A stretch of DNA of 56,866 nt, counting the filler, from Sphacelaria rigidula (Eukaryota), in assembly GCA_964200075.2 (NCBI GenBank). It is 6 parts of 6 records of this genome, joined end to end, with 100 filler letters (N's around TTAATTAATTAA, not from the genome) between each part and the next. Parts side by side here need not be neighbours in the genome. Positions count along the whole stretch, not along the records: positions 28,486 to 37,879 come from CAXNAA020008600.1; positions 37,980 to 47,373 come from CAXNAA020008601.1; positions 47,474 to 56,866 come from CAXNAA020008602.1; 3 more parts are not named here. One strand, given 5' to 3'. The translations under genes and the position numbers were made by a program. The notes under the pieces were generated by a model, which made no database searches, had not been told where the DNA came from, and saw only the letters and a program-made list of their open reading frames with translations. This document shows, one piece after another, positions 35,396 through 47,864 of this stretch (position 1 is its first letter; each line of letters begins with the position of its first letter).

Positions 35396-35884
35396 AGGCC
35401 GCTTCTTATAGCGAAACAAATATCACAAAAATCTGGCAAACTGCCTTTCTGGAGCTTTTGCGTCGTTTCATGCTCCAAAAGAGAGCTAGGCGAATTTTGA
35501 CACTTCGGAATACCTTCTTGTATTCGTTGAGACGGTTCCAGGACAACTGAGCGTTTTCCCGGTGGCCGCAGTTTTTCTTGTTTTGCTGGATCAACCTTGC
35601 ATTTTTCCCGGAGACATCTCATTTTTCTCGGCTGGAAGTTTTCTGGACTTGACCGGTCTCCGAAAAAAATGAGCGGTCTCTGAAAAAAATGCAATGTTGG
35701 CCGAAAAACAAACTGCGGCCACCGGGAAAACGCACAGGTGTCCTGGAACCGTCCGAACGAGTACAAAAAGGTATTCCGAGGTATCAAAATTCACTTAGTT
35801 CTCTTTTAGGGCGTAAAGCGATGCACAAGCTCCGAAAAAGCAGTTATCCATACTTCTATTCTTGTTGGTCATCAAAAGCGGCCT
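35396..35884. mobile_element. Foldback/long-TIR non-autonomous element
   Basis: ~190-bp inverted arms: aggccgctt...cgttttcccggtggccgcagttt versus aaactgcggccaccgggaaaacg...aagcggcct. A homologue of the left arm lies at 41280-41400. Confidence 0.8.
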
Positions 35885-37214
35885 AAAACAGAAAAAAAAA
35901 AAACGTACTTCGTTTTTGTCAAAGCCGCAAGACCTTTTCCACCGAAGCCATTTGGCAAGGGCCGGCCATTTCTATTTTATTCATTTTTTATGTTGTCTTT
36001 CTCTTCCCTCGTCTTGTCTTTTCTCAGTCTACTCTGTTCGTCTGTTCTATCTGATAATTTTGCTTCTTCACTTTTCTTCAGCGACTGTTTCAGTTTTGCC
36101 TTTGTCTCGGGTGCGTCTATCATGTGGATAACGACCACGCCTGGATTTCCACAGGATTAGTTGAGATGCGAAAATCAATCGATCGGTCAAAATAATCGCC
36201 TCAGGAGTAATGCCACGGTAGGGGCACACTTTTCAGTTCAAAAGTGTTCTGCGGCTGCATACTGAGGCCCAGATATTTTCATCTAGAGGCTCCTACAGCA
36301 CAGAGCCTCAGAAAAAAGGGTGCATCCCTATCATGGCATTGCTCTCAGGCTAACCCTAACCCCCATCTCCACCCGACGGTGTCGTACACACGCTGAGCGA
36401 CCGCGTGGAACTGTCAGCTCCAAAAAGATTCGAATGTGAACATCTAACAAGAGTAGGGTGGATAATGATTCGTCAAGAAATTATTTACTCTAAAACGGGA
36501 TTATACAAATTACGGATGGGTTTTTCTTCAGTGAGGATGAACATTGGGAACCTTCATAAGCATCGAAATATTTTCGGAATAAAAATACACATGCACTCTC
36601 CGGCCGTGATGTGTGGCCTCGCTCATTCTGAAAATAATCCACCCGCAATTCGTAAAATTCCGTGTTAATACCGAACAATTTCGACCTCCGTTCATTCCCG
36701 TTTTTTTTTAAATGTTCTTATTTTCCGAATCCCCCGTTAAGACGGGATTTTCTCAAATTGCCGATGACTTTTTTCAAGGATGAGCGAGGCCGCATATCAC
36801 GGCTGGACGGTGTATTTGAATTTGTTCTCGAGAAAGATTTCGATATTTTTGAATGCTCCCAAGGTTCATCCTAAACACTAAATATATCCGCAATTTGTAA
36901 AATGCCGTGTATTTTTAGTGTCATTGATTCGTGCTGTACGAATCAATCGTTGGGTTTTGATTTCAGCGTTGCACCGCAGGTGCCCGCACCCTAGGCACGT
37001 GGAACAGCGCAGGATTTGCGCAGAAACGTCTCTGACCCGCGGTCAAACTTTTCCTCTCTTTTCGAGCGATCAGGCCTCAGAAGTCGTAGATTTGGTTGTT
37101 CGATCCAGCGATGATCCGTCCGTCCTTTGATTTATTCATATCACTAAAACCAAGTATTTTTCTCATCCATGAATTATGTCGACCAGTCCGCGCAAAGCCT
37201 TTGGGGACAAGTGG

Positions 37215-37510
37215 CAGCAGCGCAACTTTTTCTCCCAGGAGTCATATCCCCCCCCCCCTTTAATCATACGGAATTGTTGTAGTCCAGCAGTAGTGTAACG
37301 TTTTACCCAGGAGTCATATGTACCATGCATTGATAAATCGCTGTAGTCCAGCAGTAGTGTAGCTTTTCTCCCAGGAGCCATATCCCTCCCTTCATTGAGA
37401 TAGAACTTTGACGTTCAGCAGTAGTTCAGCTTTTCTCACAGAAGTCATGTCACCAGCTTCATTGATATAGAATTGTTGTGGTTAGTCACCCAGTGGTGTG
37501 AGTTTTTTTC
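37215..37510. repeat. Degenerate ~63-72-bp tandem repeat x4-5
   Basis: The core gtagtccagcagtagtgtagcttttctcccaggagtcatat recurs. Confidence 0.75.
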
Positions 37511-37879
37511 CACACCTGAGCACACCGCGCTGGTATTCTTGAACTGTTTCATGATACAGGCTGGGCCAGCTGACAGTGATATTTAAAACGTATTTTGGCG
37601 GTGCTGTGGGCAATTCAAAGAGTTAGACACTGAAATTTTGATACAACACTTTCATCATCACTACGCACAACATTTCCCGAGGTGCATGAAAAAAAAAGGG
37701 AAGTTAGAGCGATTTGAAGTTTCTGAAAAAAATAGAAAAATGCTGTAACACCGTGAAAAAAAAACGCAAAACGGATGCACTTCGGGAAATGTTGTGCGTA
37801 GTGATAATGAACATGCTGCGTCAAAATTTCAGCGCCCAACTCTTCGAATTACCCACAGCATCCACTTTTTCGTCTGGCA

Positions 37880-37979
37880 NNNNNNNNNNNNNNNNNNNNN
37901 NNNNNNNNNNNNNNNNNNNNNNNTTAATTAATTAANNNNNNNNNNNNNNNNNNNNNNNNNNNNNNNNNNNNNNNNNNNN
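37880..37979. other. Artificial contig linker
   Basis: N44-TTAATTAATTAA-N44. Confidence 0.98.
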
Positions 37980-38052
37980 TCTATACACGCTCTCCGTTCT
38001 CCCGTGTGCGCTCTCGGTGGGTGTTCCCTCCCCTCGGTGGGTCTCTGAGAGA

Positions 38053-38056
<4 letters not shown>

Positions 38057-38106
<50 letters not shown>
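38057..38106. repeat. (CT)n microsatellite
   Basis: Seen directly. A similar (CT)n at 11340-11371 forms the polypyrimidine tract of DOT1 exon 2. Confidence 0.95.
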
Positions 38107-38109
<3 letters not shown>

Positions 38110-38152
38110 GGACTGCGAACCTCACATCGGAATACGAGCTGGGCCAGCTTAA

Positions 38153-38250
38153 CCCTTAGACCGGGAGATTAGTCTTGCTGGATCATGCATACTTTTTTTC
38201 ACTTAGAATTGATGCCGGTTCAACAGAAGACTAACCTCGCGCTCTAAGGG
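38153..38250. mobile_element. 98-bp piggyBac-like mini-element
   Basis: TTAA|CCCTTAGAccgggagattagtctt...aagactaacctcgcgcTCTAAGGG|TTAC. It has 24-bp imperfect TIRs starting CCC, at a TTAA site that is empty in the 15858 copy. Confidence 0.65.
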
Positions 38251-38257
38251 TTACCCT

Positions 38258-38670
38258 CGTCGGACGAGTCATTACTCGTCGAAACGAGTGCACTCGTGGA
38301 TGTTTTTTGAAAACACAATGAGCATGACTCGTGTGCTCGAGTCATTACTTCTTTTTACAACGAGCAATGACTCGTGTGCTCGAGTCATTACGCATTGTGC
38401 TCGAGCCATTACTTCTTTTTACAACCAGCAATGACTCGAGTGCTCGCCCTATTAGTTTGTTTTCACAACAAGCAATGCCTCGAGTGCTCACCCCATTATT
38501 TTTTTACACAACAAGCAATGACTCGAGTGCTCGCCCTATTTTTATTTTCCCACAACGAGCAATGACTCGAGCGCCCGCCCTATTATGTTTTCCCGCGATG
38601 AGCAATAACTCGAGTGCTCGCCCTATTGGTTTGTTTCCCCAGTGAGCAATGACTCGAGTGCTCGCCCTAC
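38258..38670. repeat. ~47-bp tandem repeats (core acgagcaatgactcgagtgctcgccc); continues at 39735-39885
   Basis: About 8 units, plus 2-3 more after a ~1-kb interruption. The outer ends cgtcg(g/a)acgag... and ...ctcgttcgacg are inverted, suggesting a TIR element. Confidence 0.8.
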
Positions 38671-40800
38671 TGCGACCCTCTTGCATGGGACCGACCCCCC
38701 ACTAACACGAGGTTGACCATGTCTTCGTGAAATAATAAAAAATAAGTCAGGGAGCGACCTGCCCAATCACAGCGAGGCGAAATTTATCGACCAGGCCCGA
38801 ACGACCAGCGTGGGGACTGTTGCCGAGTGTGATGTCACTGCAAAGATAGTGTGGGGGCCCTATCCCTGGCTCAGATAGGCGTTCCCAGGTTTCTAAAGCC
38901 AGGGTGCTCGGAGCATGGCTTATCGTATTACTTGCACTCAGTATAGCGCTACCGGGGTTTCCCAGAAGTTTTTTGGGGTCGCCGCCCCATACTAAAACGT
39001 AGTAATTACACGAACACAGGGTGGAGTGGGAAAACCGGGAAGGAATGCATATGCCACAAAGTGGTCATTTTCACGAGGCGCTAAACCCAGGTGGGCCGTG
39101 GAAAGACAAAAGGAGCTACCGTCAAGAATTGTTGTGCTTATCCCTCTGCCGATGACTCGCAGAACACTGTGAACATGTATGTAGTGGGCGGGGATGAACA
39201 AGCTGGGTATAGACAGCTGATCTCCGTCGCTGAGAACTGCCCAGAACGTGCAAGGGAGTATGCAGCGGCAGCTGCTGCTGCAGTCGGGGAGGCGTACTGC
39301 ACCTACTGTTCTGCACTGTACTATACTACTGTATGTATGTGCGCCGCAACGTCCATACCCTTTGAAGAGAATTTGTCTATTGCAACACAGAGGGAAGTAG
39401 CGGCCCACCCCGACCACGAAGGGCTGTGTGGCAAGGTGATGGGAACATCACCATCATCCAAGGCCAAAAGTGGCGGGCGGCCCGCCGGTCGCTGCTTCCT
39501 GTTGACAGCTCTCTACCGCGACCCATACTGCTTGCTGCATCAGATGTACATTACCTAATGCGCACCGTGCACCTGAAGATAGATTGGATGAAACTTTCGG
39601 TCTTCCTCATAACTCCGCGGTTACATACGCGGATTTTCAGCAACATGCCACTGTTTCGTGCATACGTTAGACACGTCATTCCTAACCAGCCTCATTGGTC
39701 GTTCTGGAGGCCAGGTCCCAAAGGGGTTAATTTTTTCCACAACGAGCAATTACTCGAGTGCTCGCCCCATTAATATTTTCCCACAACGAGTAATGCCTCG
39801 AGTGCTCGCTCTAATAATTTTTACGGCCAACGAGCAGCCCAACGAGTGCGAGTGCCACGAGTCACACTCGTGCTCGTTCGACGTATGAAAAGTTGCTACA
39901 CCACAGCTTTCCCAGTTTCCCGAGTGAATCCGATGTAAGCACATCACTGTGAAGTGTAGACCAACCTGGTAAACACACGGCACCGCCGCCGAGTGAAAAA
40001 ATGAAAAAATGTACTGCATAATGTATAATCTTAACGACGGACGAAAAAGAAAAGAGAATATGTCGGGATTCGAACTCATGACCTCCATAATTAGAGTATC
40101 CCATCAATTGATTCATAGGGGTGCATCAGCATCACGGAAAATGTTGAACCCATGGCCCAATTCGACCACTCTTGACCTGGACTTTCAGGTAGACCTTCTC
40201 CACCCAAGGAACTGATACTTCACGAGAGCAGCTGCATATTCTTTTTTTTTCTGCACTTACGACATGATCTTGTTTTTGCTGGAATTTCAAATGCGCACAA
40301 CTTATTTTTATTTATCTGCTGCTGACGTGATCTTCTGCATTTCGATCATGAAAAAAAGCTGCTGTCAAAATTTCAGCGTCCAACTTCTAATAATGCGCCG
40401 TGTGTTGCCTGAGCGAGATTCACACCTACTCTTGGCTGCCCAGCTCGTAGTCATCTCCCTGATAGTCGAGGTGCAGGTGTCTCATCACAACCATTTTTTT
40501 CGGTAGAAAAATGTGGCGTTGCATTTGATTTGAGCGAAATTCGCTCATTTTTCTCGAGTTATTAGGTCCAAGCGAATTTTCGAGCTGTCGAGCACTCGAT
40601 CGAAAAAAGACAACGAAATTCGCGAAACGGTACATGCTCACTTGTGTACAGTGTAGTACAGACCGTCTACACTACTGTCTGCACTGTTTGTATGCTCGTG
40701 TCTTGAGCGCGTGTGTGAGTGTTTCGTGCAGTAGGATGTGAAACATACGCGGGCAACGTGCAGCACAGAAAGCCTAGAACTCATCTTTTATTTTCTCTGC

Positions 40801-41280
40801 TTAGACCGACTCTAATGGGAGCCGTTTAAAATTCCTGTTTAAAACAACGTTTTTGGCCCTTCTCCTTCGTGCTACGCCTAAGAAGAGGGCTAGGCGCATG
40901 CTAATGCCTTGGAATGACTTGCTCTACTCATTGAGGCCATTCCAAGGGAAACTTTGCATTTCCCGCTGACCGCACTTTCACTTTTGGCCAAACACGGATT
41001 TTCATCAAAAAACGGTCGAGCGATGAAAAAACAGCGGGATATTTTGATCACCTGGCCGTGTTTTACTGAAAATTCAGGTTTCGCCTCGTTCGGCCAAAAG
41101 CAAGAGTGCGGCCAGCGTTAGATGTAAAGTTGCCCTAGAACGATCTCAACAAGTAGAGCAAGTCATTCCAAGGCGTCATCATCCGCCAAGCCCTCTTTTC
41201 GGGCGTAAACCGACGCGAGAAGGGCCCAAAAGACAGTTTTGAACAGGGATTTTGAACGGCCCCCATTAGAATTACCGTAA
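40801..41280. mobile_element. Foldback/long-TIR element
   Basis: Inverted arms, e.g. ggaatgacttgctctact versus agtagagcaagtcattcc. A related copy lies at 42640-43045. Confidence 0.8.
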
Positions 41281-42639
41281 GGCCGCTCCTTGTAATAGAC
41301 AAGGATACAAATCTGGAAAAGTGCCTTTTTGGAGCCTTTACGTCGTTTTATGCCCCAAAAGAAAGCTAGGCGGAGTTTGACACCTTGGGATAGCTTGCTT
41401 TAAACAGCCTGGATTCGTTTTTGAGGTTCAATATTTGGGTGAGGTTCAACGGACTATCGAAATTCCATTTATTTTGTTCAAAAGGCTCGGAATTCGTAAC
41501 CGGTTTCGACCATGTAAGCCTAGCCCAGAAGTTCCTGCACGGCAGCGCAAGCATAACGATGAGCAGTCCAACAGAAAAACCGCCGCCATTCATTGTGCGG
41601 CATGTTTTGAGCAACCCCTGCGTCTAAGCGCTACGGGACACGTAACAAAGCATGCTGAAAACATACTTCTTTAGGCTAGTCATCGAGTTTTCGAGTGCTT
41701 CTTGTTGAGTATCTGAGAGAGACTTCATACTGTTGCGCTGGCGACGACCGCCGGCCGTCAGCGAAACGATTCAATGGGGGGACAGACGCCAGCGGTCTTT
41801 GAAACGCAGCTTCATTCAGCAGTCTGCTGAGATGTATACCATCACCAGAGTAAAGCATCACTACAGTACAGTCGTCAGGAGGGATTAAATGAAAGCCCCG
41901 CACAATGAAGCTGCAGACACACACGACGGGGGTAAGGGTTAGTTCCACGCCTGGGGTTGTTTTGCCAGTAGCGCCCATGCGAGGCGCTTCATCCAATCTG
42001 AACCAGCTATCACGCCTTGAATGGCCACCTCTGCCGTGGCTGTGTTGAGAACGGGTTTCGCGGTGAGGCTGTTGAACAATACTACTGTAGTGAAACACGC
42101 TTGCAAAATCCGAGCCGTTTCTTTTAATTTAAAACCCGCGGCAGCTGTAGTGTGAATATCCCTCCTGACGGTCCGAAACGGGGTCTGATCCAGCGACGGA
42201 AAGCGCTGGCACCCTCCCCCTCAGATGGGATTTGTGAGAACCTCAGCGTTAGGATTAGACCCCAGGGGTAGTCTGGAAATAACGGATGGTTTTCTTGAAA
42301 AGCAGTCGTTCATTGTAACGGGTATAAAGCGTTCAAGCAAGGAAATTTCGATTTTGAACAGGGAAATATGTACTACGATACCCCTGAATACTTTTTTACA
42401 TGTTTCATTCCGAGCGATGTTCACCAAATACCCCCACAGTTGTCCAACTCGTGCTCTTTGCTGCAGGGTTGTGGTGGTAGCTGCGGGAATAAGTGTTATG
42501 GGGTTTGCATGGTTCAATCTGTGAACAGCGGGTGATACAAATATATCTGGCGTGATGGTCCATACCACAAGATTGTTGCTGGGGTCTCTAAGGTGCCCTG
42601 GAAGCAGTTAGGCTACTTCTTATGTATAAAAAAATGAAA

Positions 42640-43045
42640 CTTGTAAACGCGTTTTTGGCCCTTCTCCATCGTTACCCCCCCGAAAAAGAGGGTTAGGCGG
42701 ATGTTGACACTTTGGAATGACTTACTCTACTCGCTGAGGCTGTTCCAGAGCACGTTTGCGTATTTCGTAGGTCATGGTTTTCGTTTTTGGCCAAACTTGC
42801 ATTTTCAATAACGGTCAACGGACGAAAATAATGTCGTCAGTTTCCCCCCTGATTTTGATAACTTGACCGTTTGTCATTGGAAATGCAAGTTTGGCCAAAA
42901 ACGAAACTGCGACCTACGGGAAACGCCAAGGTGCTACGATGGAACGGTCTCAGCGAGTAGAGCAAGTCATTTCAAGGTGTCAACATCCGCCTGGCCCTCT
43001 TCTCGGGGGAAAAACGACGGAGAAGGCCCAAAAATGCACTTTTCA
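42640..43045. mobile_element. Foldback/long-TIR element (same family as 40801-41280)
   Basis: tttcgtttttggccaaacttgcatttt versus aaatgcaagtttggccaaaaacgaaa; arms ~170 bp. Confidence 0.8.
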
Positions 43046-43782
43046 GCATTGTTTTGTTTTTTGATACATCAGATGTAGCCTTAGGGCACAAGTGCACAAG
43101 AGTAAATTTAAACGTCGGAGGATACTGCACGGCTATGTCCTCCGGAGTCGCAACAAATGCCCTAGAGGCCATGGTCGGCCCCTCCTCTAGTGATGCTCAC
43201 ATTTCCCTCTGATGTTCATGATTTCCTCTAAGGGACGTTAATGAAAAATGCGTGCTCCAGAGCACCATATTTTTGGTACTCTGATGGGACTCAGACCTCA
43301 GAAGTCACTGGAGCATCAGATGCCCTCCAGAAGATTCGTTTCATAACCGGAACTGAGTATCAAATGCCCTGTAGAGGGTATTATTTTCCTCTGGAGGATC
43401 ACCTGACCCTCGAGGGGATGAACATCGCGATAGAGGATTTCCAAACACGAACCGAATGGCCGCGTGTGTCTCACGCTTTCCACGGGGAAATCAGACATTA
43501 CGAAGAAAAAACCCGACGCATCGGGGATTGAACCCTCGTTCTCTCCACCCTAACGGCGACAGTCGGACCATCACACCACGGGGGCGTGGCAATTCAACAT
43601 GAAAATGACTTTAACAACGTGCAGCTGTGTATACTGCCTGAACTGTCCATGAGCGTGTACGCAACTCGGTTGCCCACTCCAACACGCAGCTCCGTGAGGA
43701 TTTCTAGTAGTTCTATTAGACGGATGTGAGCGTAAGATATGTTCGGATTGTCACGGATATATGTTGCAACTCATGAGCCGGT

Positions 43783-44140
43783 CGTCCCGGTGGCACAGTT
43801 GGTAACCTCAAAACCCTCTGACGATTGGGTCGTGGATTCAAATCTCGGAGCGATCTGGTATGTTTTCTCGCACCATGCCCAACAGTGGAGAGCGACTTTG
43901 TCGTGGGTACACAAAATTTGACTTCACGGTCAACGAGGGAAAGGGACGACTAAACCCCTCTCGCGCGATAAAAAATAAAAGGCAAGCACCGCAAAAGGAA
44001 CAACGTACAGTACTAGGAGCAAAACAAAAAAGAGAATACTCCTGTGTTGGTTTTCCTCCTGTGTGACCCCGGCTGGTGTGTCTACATACACAGAAAGGTG
44101 TAGACTGGCTTCCAGAATAAAGATGACGACAACACACACA
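43783..44140 (+). mobile_element. tRNA-derived SINE (family S1)
   Basis: The head ccggtggcacagttggtaacc...gtcgtggattcaaatc has A-box- and B-box-like motifs. It is followed by a ~280-bp body and an ACAACACACAC tail. A full reverse copy lies at 47865-48217, with partial copies at 47560-47760 and 47310-47373. Confidence 0.75.
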
Positions 44141-44276
44141 CATGGTTGATTCCGTCTGTGTAGACCGTTTGATTGATTGATTTATTTTGTCACATTAGCT
44201 GATTGCAATAATCCAGCCCCTGGTCAGGAGCGGCGACCGTGCACGAGTTCGTTTGAGATTCGCATATGAAATTTTG

Positions 44277-46158
44277 AGCAATGGCCTAGAAAAGGTATAC
44301 CTTCTCGTTTTATGCCTAAGAAAGGTACGAAAAATGACCAGAAACGCGAAAACAGCAAAATACGCCAATTAAACGATTTTCGCTCCGAATTTTTCACGCA
44401 CATCACTCAGGGGGGGCCTTGGCACCCAGACCTCGACAAAAACGGAGGGGAAACATGCTACGCGCGATATATAGCCACGCGAAAACGCACGTCTCGGCTC
44501 CAGAAACCGCTTTTCCTTTCTAGGCCGTACATTCTCCAGGTATACCTGATCCAGGATTTTTTTTCAATCGCACTTTATCTGGGCCATCGATCCGCCGAGA
44601 ACATACCTGTGCTAGGCCATCGCTTTCTACACTGTTATGGGTGCGCCTGACCCCCCAAAATGAGCAAAACAATCTCACCGACCAAAAGCACGAACAGGCC
44701 GGAGATCTTGTTCATCCCCTGCTTATGCACGCCGTGAAATCCCCCAGCGTACTCGTGATTTAAGAGGGGTTTCCACTTGACGATTTCCCACTTTCGTTGT
44801 CTCGGACTACGAACCACGGCGTGCCTCGGCTACCCACCGGCGTGTATTTGTCCAAGCTACAATTTGACGGGATGGTTTCACCAAAGAAGTTATGGTGATC
44901 GAAAAAATCGCAAAAAGCCCATGTTTTCCCCACTTGATTCGTTATAAAACTCGGGTCCTGATGAAATAAAAAAAAACATCGCGTCAAGTTGTAGCGGTCG
45001 TCTTGGCGCAGATGATGCGAAAAATCGTATCCCAATCGATAGCCTTGGCGATGAGTAATCGGGGCAGTAGTTTGGGCTATGAGCGCGAAAAAGCGCCTCT
45101 AACCCTCTCCGGTTTCCACAACACGCAAAAAGCTCAACCCTGGCGAGAGGCCTTAGAATAAATGACATCCATGAATGACTCTCGATAGTGCAGATGGATG
45201 ATACATCGGATATGTGGAATGTTCGACAGATGTAGAATTTGAACCTTCGACCGATCCCCCAGAAGCCGTTTCTGCGAGACATTTACCCCCCTCTGTGCAT
45301 CGCTTGTGTCAGTGGCAAGAGTAGCGCTCGTTCTCCTGCATCCGGTGCCATCACCACGCCACCATCCATAGCGTAGCTTAGTATATAATCTCACCTGGCG
45401 GCATGTATGGCCAAACCCTGAACCGAAGGAGAAAAGAAAGCCACAGAGTAAGCTGGCGTTCAAGAAGAGAAGAGCAACATATTCCAACAGCCGTCAGTAA
45501 CATGGTAATGAGTCGCACCAACGGGAGCAAGAATCGTCTTCGCGACCTCGCAGCAGCGAAGAGAATAAATTATGACACTAACCCTAATCCTAACTACAAC
45601 GAAGGCATACCGAGAAACCTCGGACAAGGGGGGTGCAACATGTTTTGGGAAGCGGTTTCTGGAGGCGAGACGTCCGTCTTCGCGTGGCCATATCCCGCAA
45701 GTAATATATATTTTTTCCCGTTTGCTTTCCGAGGCCCGGGTTCCAAGTCCCCCCCCCCCCCCCCTTCCACCCCCCCCTTTTGTCCCCTACACATTCCCCC
45801 AACGTATCTCCTATAATGCCCTTGCTTCCTTCATACANNNNNNNNNNGCGCGTCCCCGGCGGCTCTCACCCCCCAAGTAAAATTTATTTTTCCCCTTTCT
45901 TTTCGCGGGCGCGGGGCACAAATCCCCCCCCCCCCCCCCCCCGAGTGCGTTTTCCTCGAATCTGACCGTAAGTTCAAGGCTGGCCCATGACTAAGGCAAG
46001 CAACAAATGAGTACGCCCCCCCCCCCGAGTGATGTGCGTGAGAAATTCGAAGCGAAAACGGTCTAAATGGCGTGTTTTGCTGTTTTCGCGTATCTGGTCA
46101 TTTTTCGTACCGTTCTTAGGCAAAAAACGAGAAGGTATACTTTTTCTAGGCAATTGTC
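44277..46158. mobile_element. ~1.9-kb segment bounded by ~140-bp inverted repeats
   Basis: 44277-44416 and the reverse complement of 46020-46158 align (cctagaaaa.gtataccttctcgtttt.tgcctaagaa.ggtacgaaaaatgaccaga.acgcgaaaacagcaaaa...cacgcacatcactc.ggggg). Confidence 0.6.
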
Positions 46159-47085
46159 CTTTAGTCTTCATCGTCCCTCAGAGCATCAACCTGTGCTCGG
46201 CAGGTCGTAAGAGGCGAATCTACCGGTCATGGGCTAGTTTTTGGCTTTCATCGGGTTCCTTGTTTTGGGCATATTTACCAGGCATGTTTTGGTTTCATTT
46301 CCGATTCTAGGTGTGGTAGATGACGGTTGTGTAAGATTAGTCTGTCTGAGATGGGTTGAGGCTGGCACCCTCACTCACTCTGGTTTTGGACCTAAGCAAA
46401 GACCTTTGGACAGCACTCTCTTGCTCCTATGAGCCAACCTAGTCCCTTCTGGTGCGTCTCTGCCTGTGGGTAAATGGCTTCTCGCTTGTAATGTACATGA
46501 AAATAATTGGTCTCTCCCACCGCCTGAGATCACCTTGGGCTTTGCAGGCATGCGCTGTGAGGCCAGTTTTGAAGAAAGCACAACGTGGCTCAAGCCGCTG
46601 TTTTTTTTGCGTGACCAGGACTTTTATGTTGAGGTACTCGCGAGCCTCATTTGAGGGCAAAACCCTCTCTCTATGCCAATAGTATCGCAGATCCCTATCA
46701 GAAAAAAGATTCGCAAGTGTTTGCCAACAAATATTAAGCAATAAAGCATACCAAACTACTGCAGTGTATCTACCCCTGCGCTCAACTCGTGATCTATGCT
46801 GCAGGGTTGCGGTGGTAGCTAAGAATGAGTTGGATGGAGTTTGCATGGTACTGTGAACCGGTGGTATCTGGCGTGGTGGTCTGTAAGATAGGAGCCAATG
46901 CCCCTGCGTGGCTCTCGACCGCATGTTGTTTTCAATAAAAAAAAAAGCTGATCTTAGAAAAAACAAATCAGAATGCCCAGGAGTGCACGAGAAACAAACT
47001 CCGGCACACCCATGCACCCTTTCTCTTCTTTGAACCTCTCTGGGGGGTTAGGGTACTAGACCCCTCCCCCCCCCGCCAAAGGTGA

Positions 47086-47310
47086 GTGACGATATCAGGA
47101 TTGACGTTCGCGGATGATTTTGTGGGGATTTCAGAAACACCAGAAGGACTACAGACACAGCTAGACAAGGCGCTAGAATACACTAGGAAATGGGGAGTGA
47201 TAGCGAACGTCATCAAATGCGCGGTACTCGTCTGTAACGGAGATAAGAAAAATCCGGTAGAGTTCAAACGGAAGTGGGAATAAGAGGAATTGCCGATCGT
47301 AGACCAGTGT
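47086..47310 (+). mobile_element. LINE reverse-transcriptase fragment
   Basis: Translates TISGLTFADDFVGISETPEGLQTQLDKALEYTRKWGVIANVIKCAVL...KWE*EELPIVDQ, a non-LTR RT (F/Y)ADD region with an internal stop. Confidence 0.85.
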
Positions 47311-47373
47311 TGTCGTCCCATTTATTCTGGGCGCCAGTCTACACCTTTCGGTATATGTGGGCGCATCAGGCGG

Positions 47374-47473
47374 NNNNNNNNNNNNNNNNNNNNNNNNNNN
47401 NNNNNNNNNNNNNNNNNTTAATTAATTAANNNNNNNNNNNNNNNNNNNNNNNNNNNNNNNNNNNNNNNNNNNN
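47374..47473. other. Artificial contig linker
   Basis: N44-TTAATTAATTAA-N44. Confidence 0.98.
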
Positions 47474-47864
47474 GAAGATTTTAATCCTCCGGGTTCTCAT
47501 CCTCAATGAAAAGCACCATCCTCAACATAGATGATCGGCTGTTTCAACGGTCGTCGAGGGGAAGGCTGAACCCCTCTCGCGACAAATAAAAGTAAAGGCA
47601 AGCACCGCAGAAGAACGTTGGAGAACTCACGAATGAAACAGGAAAATCTGCTGTGTTGGCCTTCCTCCTGTGTGACCCCGGCTGGTGCGCCCACGTATAC
47701 CAAAAGGTGTTTGAGCTGGTAGACTGGCGTTCAGAATAGATGGGATGACAACACACACACTGACCACATTCCAGCTTTTGCAATGCACCAGATTTCAGCT
47801 TTGAAATCCAACACATTCTGGCCTCGTGCTACGCCACATTCTGGCCTCGCAGTGTTGCAGTCCT

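Larger units (their letters stand above)
38133..40449. mobile_element. Family C MITE expanded by nested insertions
   Basis: TACGAGCTGGGCCAGC at 38133 and GCTGCCCAGCTCGTA ending at 40449. The family C body resumes at ~39895 after ~1.7 kb of inserted sequence. Confidence 0.65.

Noticed and set aside
37215..37510. Repeat-spacer pattern of ~65-70 bp
   Set aside because: The repeats are degenerate and the variable parts are homologous (cattgat...aat), so this is a minisatellite.
38258..38670. CRISPR-like array (palindromic ~26-bp core with ~20-bp intervals)
   Set aside because: The intervals are short, T-rich and similar to each other rather than unique spacers. There are no cas genes, and the context is eukaryotic transposons.
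39148..39185. Peptide ADDSQNTVNMYV resembles [13 protein letters not shown] at ~25180-25220 (minus), with synonymous-looking differences
   Set aside because: A six-residue match is plausible by chance across six frames of 57 kb, and I could not extend the alignment convincingly. A tBLASTx comparison would settle it.
43520..43586. Intact tRNA gene
   Set aside because: It has A/B boxes but no convincing acceptor or anticodon stems, and it recurs as diverged copies attached to a repeat body.
45577..45596. Telomeric repeat (CTAACC-like), also at ~36350
   Set aside because: Only 2-3 imperfect units, internal to contigs.
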